DNA of 63,974 bases, the filler included, from Barthelona sp. PAP020 (Eukaryota), in NCBI GenBank assembly GCA_040182905.1. It is 3 parts of 3 records of this genome, joined end to end, with 100 filler letters (N's around TTAATTAATTAA, not from the genome) between each part and the next. Parts side by side here need not be neighbours in the genome. Positions count along the whole stretch, not along the records: positions 49,960 to 63,974 come from JARQWU010000307.1; 2 more parts are not named here. The stretch is one strand, 5' to 3'. The translations under genes were made by a program, and so were the position numbers. Under the pieces are notes generated by a model. That model saw only the letters and a program-made list of their open reading frames with translations, was not told the DNA's origin and ran no database searches. Numbering within the stretch: the first letter of the stretch is position 1; each line of letters starts with the position of its first letter. Positions 56,179-63,974 of this stretch are shown here, piece by piece.

Positions 56179-56389
56179 AAGAATCTTTTTTTTTCATTTG
56201 CTTTTATATATTAATTGTAAAGTTGTTCAATCTTGTGTCACCCTATTCAATCTGAAAATTAGATGATTCCTTTTGATGTCAAGGTGTTTGCATTTTCTAA
56301 AAAACAAACAATACCTTTTTTTTTTTTTTTAAATAGATCATTATTCAAAAATTTCTTTTATTTTACTATATTTGATCAAATATTGAAGA

Positions 56390-57478
56390 ATGAATGAGGG
56401 AGAGGTAACGTATTCTGGAATAGTTCGAGATGGAAATATGATCAAAGGAAAAATTACTTATATTAACAATGAAACATATGAAGGAGAGTTTCAAAATAAT
56501 GTGCGTCATGGAAAAGGTAAATATACGTACATTGATGGGTCAATATATGAAGGTGAATGGAAAGATGATTTTCCCAATGGTTATGGCATTGCAAAATATG
56601 CAAATGATGATTGTTATGAGGGTGATTTTGTTAACGGTACTATATCTGGAGAAGGTACTTTTATGTTCAACGATGGTGGGATTTATGTTGGTCAATGGGC
56701 CAATAATCAAATGAATGGGCATGGAAAGTATACATATCCTGAAGGTAATGTGTATGAAGGTATGTGGAAAGAAGATGCACGTCATGGCCAGGGAAAAATG
56801 ATATTTGTTGATGATAAAGGTCAACCTTTTGAAACATATGAAGGACATTGGAAAAATAATCAAATGAGTGGAAAAGGTCGTTATCTATATGCCGATGGAT
56901 CTGTTTATGAAGGTGAATGGTTGAATGGAAAGATGAATGGTGAAGGTGTCTACAATTATGTTTCTGGCGATATTTATAAAGGTTCTTATGTTAATGATTG
57001 CAAAGAGGGCTATGGTTTATTACAAAAGAGCAACAATGAGAGCTATGATGGAAGTTGGAAAAATGATTTGGCTGATGGACAAGGGATATATCGCTCACCA
57101 AATGGAGATACATACAAGGGAGATTGGAGCCAAGGATTGAAACATGGAAAAGGGATTGTCAAATACGTCAATGGTGATGTTTTTGAGGGAAATTTTTACA
57201 AAGGAGTTGCCAAGGGTCCAGGAATTTTGCACTATCACAATGGGCATAGGTATGATGGCAGTTGGTCTGATAATAAAAGACACGGAACTGGTATATTTGT
57301 TGATAATGATGGGGTTATTTATGAGGGTGAATGGTTTAATAGTGTGAAACATGGTGAAGGTGTGATTACCTTTCCAAATATTGGAGAATTATTTGGAAAA
57401 TGGGAAAATGGTAAGTTGGTTGAAACCAGGAAATTTGAATTTGTTACCACTTCTAAGTGGAATGACCCATCTTTTTAA
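56390..57478 (+). CDS. MORN1: All-MORN-repeat protein of the protist MORN1 type
   Basis: About 15 YxGxWxxxxxHGxG repeats in 362 aa, an insertion (FVDDKGQPFETYEG) and a C-terminal WNDPSF, as in trypanosomatid/apicomplexan MORN1. Confidence 0.88.
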   Translation: MNEGEVTYSGIVRDGNMIKGKITYINNETYEGEFQNNVRHGKGKYTYIDGSIYEGEWKDDFPNGYGIAKYANDDCYEGDFVNGTISGEGTFMFNDGGIYVGQWANNQMNGHGKYTYPEGNVYEGMWKEDARHGQGKMIFVDDKGQPFETYEGHWKNNQMSGKGRYLYADGSVYEGEWLNGKMNGEGVYNYVSGDIYKGSYVNDCKEGYGLLQKSNNESYDGSWKNDLADGQGIYRSPNGDTYKGDWSQGLKHGKGIVKYVNGDVFEGNFYKGVAKGPGILHYHNGHRYDGSWSDNKRHGTGIFVDNDGVIYEGEWFNSVKHGEGVITFPNIGELFGKWENGKLVETRKFEFVTTSKWNDPSF

Positions 57479-57601
57479 CTTGTAAAATGTGTGTATATTG
57501 ATAAAATCTTTGTATTTTTATATCTTTTATTATTATTTTTTGATCAGCAATCCTTTGTGTTTAAAAAAAAAATGTAATTGATACATTTATACTCAATTAA
57601 A

Positions 57602-60600
57602 TCAATTTTCTTTCACGTTTAATCTGATGGAATCTTGTTCAATTTCATCTGGTGCTAAAATAACAGGAGTTATCAAGGATGAATTGGGATCGAAAGAACT
57701 ACTAGCTGGTTTTTTCACTTTTTTGGCTTTTCCACGCATTTTTGGTTTAAATTGTGTGATTGAAGAGTCAACATCAGATGCAACATCGTATTTTATTTCT
57801 TGCTCAATTTCTTCTTCTTCTTCTTGTTCTTGTTCTTGTTCTTGTTTTTCCATTTCTTGTGCTTGTTTTTCGGCTTCTTTGTTTTCCATTGTATGAACAT
57901 CATTAAAGTTTGGAAGGGATACAATCACTTGATCTTTGTTAGATTTCTTTTGAAGTTTTGAAGCAATAGTTGTTTGATCACTTGTGGGAGGAGTGATAAA
58001 TATCTTTTTGTCCAAAACAATAGGCTTTTCTTTCTTTTCAGCCAATTTAGTCAAATGAGCAGATAAATCGATCTGTTTAGGTTTTGTTTCAATTAAAGTA
58101 TCAGTACCGAATAATTGATCGGTGATGTCCACCTGATTAACGATTGTTGAACCTGTTCCTTTGAAAATTTTCTTCTGATTGCGACTTTTTGCATCCAATT
58201 GGAAAGATTGTTCAATTAATTTTTGTGTAGTTTCAATTTTTTCAAGATGTTTTTTTGATTGAACTTTGACTGGTTGAGATTTGGTTTTATTATTAATTTT
58301 TTGCTTTTTTTCATTATTATTGATGTTATTGTTAGATTTTCTAGCAGTTTTATCATCGTTTTCTAAAGGTTTCAATAACTTTGCAACAGAACCAGTATCT
58401 CTATTGATCAATTTACATGACTTATCTTTAGCAAAACATAAAACTTCACCTAAACCTATTTTTCCACAACGCATATCAATACAACGATTTCCTCCATTAG
58501 ATAAACCAACAAAAGGTTGTTCCCAAATCACAGTCAAATTAATGTCTTCACCCATTCTCAAATAATCATCATCATTAACTAATGATTTAGTCATTATATG
58601 AGATTTACGAATATTGGAAATAATAGCAGCATCTGAACTTAAACATGATGTATTTGAAAGAGTGATTAAATTGAGAGCTGATCTATTATGAATACCAATG
58701 ATAATACCTTTAGTACCAATTGGAACCTTTGCTGAACCAGACACATTGATAACAGTATCTCCAATGGCAGGTTTTGCTGGAATCAAAATTTTGGAAGGCA
58801 TGGGATTCAAAAATTGTTCAAAGAAGAAGATATTCTCTCTATTAACTGTTTCATTTTGTGCTTCATTCATAAAATATTGTGAATTAATGGATAATTCACA
58901 AGAACCACAAACTTCTTCTTCCTTTTCTAATTGTTCTTGAGTTAATTCAATAGGTTTCAAACTAATTAATTTTTCAATTGGTTTTGTAGTAAATGGTGGT
59001 AATATTTGATCGAAAATAGATTTCAACATGATTCCATATTCTTTCTTCAATTCTTTAACATGATCACCAAAATCAAAGAAACGTTTACGCAGTTCAACAT
59101 TGTCATTGGGTAAAACTACATCCTTCTTAACTCTTCTTTCTATTTCAATAAAAACATCTTCAAATTCTTCTTTAAGTTTGACCAATAAATCTAAAACAAA
59201 ATTTGAAAATGTGATTCTGCTTTGTTTCTTCTGTAATTCAATTTCAGTGAACAATAATGCACTCTTAAATTGCCAATTGAATAAATCAAGTCCAATATGT
59301 CGAGTAATTCCACCCCATTTTACTTTTCCTCGATATAACAAGAATTCAATCACATTGTTACTAACTTTCAATTTTCTAGCAAGTTTTTCAGTTGTATGAA
59401 ATTCAATACGCAATCCAAGATTGGATAAAACCACATCAAATACACTGACTTGTTTTTCCAAACATTTAGAAATAAAACTATTATCATTACTGGAAAAACG
59501 TTCAATTTCAATCTTTTTATCATCACCATCATCACTAACAACCATACATAGATCACCATTGGTAATGTCTACACCTAAAGTACCATATTCTAAACAATTC
59601 ATATCTTGAACATGATCACCATAATCATATCCATGGATGATTCCAATCTCCTTATTATCTTGTTGTAATACAGGATATTTCAATAAAGGGTAATAGAATT
59701 TGGTCTCATTGATAATGCAATTTCCAGGACTTTCATAAATCATTTCAGCAGGATACATGATAGGAGAACCCCAAGTTATATTAGGAGTGAATGAAGTGAC
59801 AGGTGAAATTGTCAAGATACTCTTGTAACCTTTCAAAGTGATATTACGTCTATCTGAAAAGACGTTTGCCAGATTCTGATATTTATCTCTTATGTAATTA
59901 CGATCACCTTCCGCAAAAATCAACTTGTCTGATGATGTATAAAACTTTTGTCCATTAAACCCCAATATAACACAGGGAACCAAATATGGATAACCATACC
60001 AAACAACACTGTACATATAAGGTTTCAAGAGGGATAAAGCATGCTTTTCAACATTAACTTTATTACTTTCAGTTCTTGTGTTCAAATGATTATCAACACT
60101 TTTTATCAAATTGGAAAAAAATGAACTTCCAAGTTGCAAATTCATTGAAGGTGAACGTACTGGATACTGAAAGATCTTCAATGTCTTATTGAATTGAACA
60201 ACTGTATCAACAAGATTTGATTGGTTTAAACTAGGGAAACCAATATGTCTTTTGACTTCTGCAGACATATAATGTGCAAACCTGATTCCTTTAACAAAGG
60301 GATGTGTTGAATCTTGAGTGATAGAATTTGATTGCGAGTTATCTGAAATAACAGGTAAATTATAGACACTTTCCATGGAGTTATTAGCAACAAAAGGTTT
60401 CCTATTGTTGAATACAATGGTTTTTGGATTATTGGTAGATACTTTATGTTCATATCGCATGGTGGGTCCATGACGATTGGCCAATAATTCATGTTCAGAT
60501 AATTGATTCAAACCTTCAGTAACAACTCGCATAAATCTGTCAGTGTCAAGGAATGGTAAAAGAACAACTCCTTTCCAAGATTGTTTTTCTCCATCCATAT

Positions 60601-62143
60601 CAATCTTAAAGTCAGTTGGATAGAGATCCCCAATTTCAGAATCTTCATTCATCAAACTCTTCAAACCATCGGGCAATAGATCAACTGAAAATGGTGATAA
60701 TACAGCCATCAACTGATAATATGGCAACCAAGGTTTCGATTCCAAATCAAATGTAGGTTCACACGGTTCAACTCTAGCAACGTCATATGCTAATGGTGCA
60801 TAATGATAGGGGTAAAACCAACTCCAATCAATACATCCACTGTAGTAATAAGAACCAATCCAATGAATGGCTTTTTCATATTGATGAACAAGTTCTATTA
60901 AATTCTTCTCTCCTTCAGGTGTTTCAACATCCCAACCAAACTTCAATTGATAGTAGACCCTTCTGAATAATAAAGGATCTTCTGAATTCAACAAAACTTC
61001 CATATTGGCATAATTGGCGACAAATTCTTTATCTCCAATCTTTACAGCTCCTGTATCTTCATCTGCCATTAAATTCCCGATTCGAGCCAATTCATTCTGA
61101 ACTCTCCCTTTCAAAACGTTGATTTCTCCAACAGCAATGATATTCAAGAATCGTTTGAGCTTAACCATATCAACGATACCACAATTCGAAATGTATCCTC
61201 CAATTTCATCCCAGTTATCCTGATATATTTTAAAGAAGTCATGAACTGATCCTTTACTGACATCTAATGTAGGTAAATGAGGAACGAAATCATTACCGCA
61301 GCAAAAACATAATATGATAAAGTCATCAAACACTCTTTCATATTCATTGGAAATTTCACTGAGCAAACTCTTATCAAAACCAAAGAAGTCTAACTTTAAA
61401 TACTCACGTAACAAACCAATATGCAGGAAAGTATAAGTAGGCATTTCGTTTTGGGGGGCATTTCCAAAGACAACCTCTTCACGTAACAATGAGAAGTTTG
61501 GTTGATGTGTTAATAGCGACAACATTATCAAATCTGCATCCAAACCATACATGCAATGACGTGAAGATGTGTTATATTTTGGTTGAGCTATTAAATGCCT
61601 AATATATTCCAAAATCTTGTGTTCTCCTTCACCAGGTACTTGATGTCCACTTAAAATGACTTCAATGTTCTTCCATTTGTCATCAAAATTGATCTTGTAT
61701 TGAATATAATACTCCAATGCTTTTTGTAAATTAACCATAAAACTCGTACCAGGTGTAATAGCGGTACTATCAAATGCATTTTCAAGAGAAGTATCATCAG
61801 GATCCAAAGTTTGTAATTCTTCAAATCTTTCTCTACCATTACGGAAACGACGCTCACGTTGTTGATTCATCTTTGCACGTGGTGCAACTCCATCAATTGC
61901 TATATAAAATAATTTGTGAGGTCTTACAGTATCAAAAATTATATCTAATCGATTGAAAATCTTATCAAAAATTTCACGTTCAGTTATAATACTCAATCCA
62001 GAATTACCATGTGTACAACTATGTACAATTCCGTTTGCATCAAGATACAAATAATCAAATTCAGGTCCACCAATAGATTCACATGCTTGATTGACAGAAG
62101 GGTATCTTTCACTAACCCATCTAAAAAATCCAGGAATTCCCAT
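57602..62143 (-). CDS. XRN1: 5'-3' exoribonuclease Xrn1
   Basis: MGIPGFFRW, YLDANGIVH, DGVAPRAKMNQQR, PGEGEHKI, YGLDADL, GNDFVPHLP, WFYPYHYAP; the long C-terminal extension with VPIGTKGIIIG indicates Xrn1 rather than Xrn2. Confidence 0.96.
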   Translation of the reverse strand: MGIPGFFRWVSERYPSVNQACESIGGPEFDYLYLDANGIVHSCTHGNSGLSIITEREIFDKIFNRLDIIFDTVRPHKLFYIAIDGVAPRAKMNQQRERRFRNGRERFEELQTLDPDDTSLENAFDSTAITPGTSFMVNLQKALEYYIQYKINFDDKWKNIEVILSGHQVPGEGEHKILEYIRHLIAQPKYNTSSRHCMYGLDADLIMLSLLTHQPNFSLLREEVVFGNAPQNEMPTYTFLHIGLLREYLKLDFFGFDKSLLSEISNEYERVFDDFIILCFCCGNDFVPHLPTLDVSKGSVHDFFKIYQDNWDEIGGYISNCGIVDMVKLKRFLNIIAVGEINVLKGRVQNELARIGNLMADEDTGAVKIGDKEFVANYANMEVLLNSEDPLLFRRVYYQLKFGWDVETPEGEKNLIELVHQYEKAIHWIGSYYYSGCIDWSWFYPYHYAPLAYDVARVEPCEPTFDLESKPWLPYYQLMAVLSPFSVDLLPDGLKSLMNEDSEIGDLYPTDFKIDMDGEKQSWKGVVLLPFLDTDRFMRVVTEGLNQLSEHELLANRHGPTMRYEHKVSTNNPKTIVFNNRKPFVANNSMESVYNLPVISDNSQSNSITQDSTHPFVKGIRFAHYMSAEVKRHIGFPSLNQSNLVDTVVQFNKTLKIFQYPVRSPSMNLQLGSSFFSNLIKSVDNHLNTRTESNKVNVEKHALSLLKPYMYSVVWYGYPYLVPCVILGFNGQKFYTSSDKLIFAEGDRNYIRDKYQNLANVFSDRRNITLKGYKSILTISPVTSFTPNITWGSPIMYPAEMIYESPGNCIINETKFYYPLLKYPVLQQDNKEIGIIHGYDYGDHVQDMNCLEYGTLGVDITNGDLCMVVSDDGDDKKIEIERFSSNDNSFISKCLEKQVSVFDVVLSNLGLRIEFHTTEKLARKLKVSNNVIEFLLYRGKVKWGGITRHIGLDLFNWQFKSALLFTEIELQKKQSRITFSNFVLDLLVKLKEEFEDVFIEIERRVKKDVVLPNDNVELRKRFFDFGDHVKELKKEYGIMLKSIFDQILPPFTTKPIEKLISLKPIELTQEQLEKEEEVCGSCELSINSQYFMNEAQNETVNRENIFFFEQFLNPMPSKILIPAKPAIGDTVINVSGSAKVPIGTKGIIIGIHNRSALNLITLSNTSCLSSDAAIISNIRKSHIMTKSLVNDDDYLRMGEDINLTVIWEQPFVGLSNGGNRCIDMRCGKIGLGEVLCFAKDKSCKLINRDTGSVAKLLKPLENDDKTARKSNNNINNNEKKQKINNKTKSQPVKVQSKKHLEKIETTQKLIEQSFQLDAKSRNQKKIFKGTGSTIVNQVDITDQLFGTDTLIETKPKQIDLSAHLTKLAEKKEKPIVLDKKIFITPPTSDQTTIASKLQKKSNKDQVIVSLPNFNDVHTMENKEAEKQAQEMEKQEQEQEQEEEEEIEQEIKYDVASDVDSSITQFKPKMRGKAKKVKKPASSSFDPNSSLITPVILAPDEIEQDSIRLNVKEN

Positions 62144-62514
62144 TAAAATCTACAAAAAAATTAATATTATATAAAAAAAAAAATATTCAAGACATAATAT
62201 GATTCCTTTGTTTCCATAAAACCTTTTCTTTTTCTCCTTTATTTCTTTCCATTTGAGTTTTTGATTGTTGTTTTGATCTTTTTCTTTTTTTTTGTCAAAA
62301 AATACAATTTTGTTTTGATATTTTATTTTTTATTTTGATTATTGATAAAGAACACAGTTTTTCAACTTTAAGTGATAAAAATGAGGAGGAAAATAAAAAG
62401 TAAACAATAAAAATGTTTTATTAATTTTTTTTACACAATCATAACTTGCTTGAGGTTTGAATTAAATGTCAAAAATAGTTGCTTTGAAACAAAAAACAAA
62501 TAAAAATAAACCGT

Positions 62515-63558
62515 TTACACAAAATCTTCATCTACAGATGGAATATTTTGGAATTTTTGTGTTTCATGAAACTTTTCATAATTTAACATATTTCTACCAT
62601 CTGCCAATACCGATAGAATGTTAACAAAACTTCTATCAAACAATATTTTTGAAGAATCATACCCATACCGAGCATATATTGTTTCAAGCATTGTTCCATC
62701 AACCCCCGTGAAAGAAACAACAATTTCAGCATCACTATCGATAAATTTATTTTGATTCCATCCGTAAATCGGTGAGCTTTCATCTATTAAATGAGATACA
62801 GTCCAAGTCAAACCAAACAACAAAGTTTGGTCTCTATCCAAAATCAACGGATAACTCTTTCTGATTGTTGCTTTTACAGTATCATCAAAAACATTCACGA
62901 CTAATGAAACACGTATATTAGCTTCAACAATGTTGTTGTGTCTCCCGTTTGCACATCTAAACTTCAAAACTTTCAAATTCTCGTTCATTAAATCACGATC
63001 ATGGATAACAGCAACCTCACTGAATATTACCTTGGCTGTAGGACGACTAAACTTGGCAAACATCAAACCAGTGATGATAGCCGTTGTTAAATAGGAGCTT
63101 AATACTTCAAAACCAACAAAAACGTTGGCAAACCATGAGCGAGGATATAAAACACCATAACCAATGGTGCTGAAAGTATGAATCGAAAAGAAAAAACATT
63201 TCCAAAAACGTTGATGTTTTAATGGCGACTCCTCATCCACATTTGCAATTGCATCGGGTCCAGACATATAATAAAAACTTGCAAATACAATATGAACTGT
63301 AATAAAGAAAATAATACTGTACATGAACAATTTTTTCCATGATCTTGTTAATAAACTGTGATATAAATCTTTCAAAGGATTAATTCCCATTCCTTTGATA
63401 ATACCTTGAAATTTTCCATCACTGGATAATAATCTACGATCAGCTATGTCCGCTTCATATTGAATTTTGGATAAAGGGGTAACAGGTCTGGATTCATTTT
63501 CATCATCTGAATATATTTCAAGTAATGGGACGTGAGTTCCAGCATTGATTGAATACAT
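62515..63558 (-). CDS. Inward-rectifier potassium channel, KirBac-like
   Basis: Slide helix DLYHSLLTRSW, two TM helices, filter TIGYG, FAKFSRP, FRCANGR, WTVSHLIDESSPIYG. Confidence 0.93.
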   Translation of the reverse strand: MYSINAGTHVPLLEIYSDDENESRPVTPLSKIQYEADIADRRLLSSDGKFQGIIKGMGINPLKDLYHSLLTRSWKKLFMYSIIFFITVHIVFASFYYMSGPDAIANVDEESPLKHQRFWKCFFFSIHTFSTIGYGVLYPRSWFANVFVGFEVLSSYLTTAIITGLMFAKFSRPTAKVIFSEVAVIHDRDLMNENLKVLKFRCANGRHNNIVEANIRVSLVVNVFDDTVKATIRKSYPLILDRDQTLLFGLTWTVSHLIDESSPIYGWNQNKFIDSDAEIVVSFTGVDGTMLETIYARYGYDSSKILFDRSFVNILSVLADGRNMLNYEKFHETQKFQNIPSVDEDFV

Positions 63559-63824
63559 TGAACATAAAAATCAATCAAAGCGTTTTACCTTTTCTTTTCC
63601 AGTTAAACTTTGTATTTGTAAAAAAGAATATTGAATACTACAGTATTTTTTCACGAATTTTCATTTACAATTGATAAAAAAAAAATTCTTGAAAAACCAA
63701 GACAAAAGTGACAGTAAAATAAAAACCACTAAATTATTTTTATTATTTATTCAATTAATAAACTTATATTGCTTTAAAAATGAAAATAATAAATTGAAAA
63801 CATTTGTTTCATTTTTTTTTTATT

Positions 63825-63974
63825 ATGTCAAGCGAAATAAAAGATCCCTCTGGAAGCACTGTTGAAAACAAGGTCGAAGAAACAAAAGAATCAAAAGAAA
63901 CAAAGAACTTAAGAACACTTTTCATTGGAAATGTTCCAGTTGACATAACTGAGAAGAAATTTTCTAAATATTTA
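63825..63974 (+). CDS. N-terminus of an RRM protein (possibly Nop12/RBM34-like), truncated by window end
   Basis: ATG after T-tract; MSSEIKD...KNLRTLFIGNVPVDITEKKFSKYL contains an RNP2 motif. Confidence 0.7.
   Translation, partial: MSSEIKDPSGSTVENKVEETKESKETKNLRTLFIGNVPVDITEKKFSKYL

Noticed and set aside
1..63974. tRNA, rRNA, CRISPR arrays, prokaryotic operons or viral genes
   Set aside because: None recognised by eye; gene content and spliceosomal introns are eukaryotic. A tRNAscan-SE/Infernal run would be needed to exclude small RNA genes.

Overview
AT-rich, very gene-dense nuclear DNA of a unicellular eukaryote using the standard code. It is not one continuous locus: three contigs (1-24895, 24996-49859, 49960-63974) are joined by artificial 100-nt spacers (44 N + TTAATTAATTAA + 44 N). 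The dominant feature is missing from the ORF track: one intron-free minus-strand ORF from ATG 22950 that runs off the window start (at least 7650 aa). It has a signal peptide and recurring RxGxD...WxGG motifs and is probably a giant secreted beta-solenoid surface protein. The rest is mostly housekeeping genes: Ski8/WDR61, CENP-S, eIF2-gamma, TFIIE-beta-like, Mak11, ThrRS, symplekin, an ABCB half transporter, Cep57, an Arp2 fragment, Sld5, a P4-ATPase, Arp3, MORN1, Xrn1 and an RRM fragment. Less usual genes are a pseudokinase with MLLE-like tail, a divergent Tim17-family candidate, a KirBac-type K+ channel and a YdjM-like membrane hydrolase. I found only three introns (43-45 nt, all close to start codons). 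Many genes have a WGTAAA hexamer at or just after the stop codon, resembling the Giardia AGURAA poly(A) signal, and poly-T tracts before the ATG. Together these hint at a flagellated metamonad-like protist (inference only). There is also an exact 104-bp inverted duplication next to a GC-enriched two-gene island, and a ~345-nt intergenic element with many inverted repeats (ncRNA or MITE candidate). All family assignments are by eye from remembered motifs; no searches were run.
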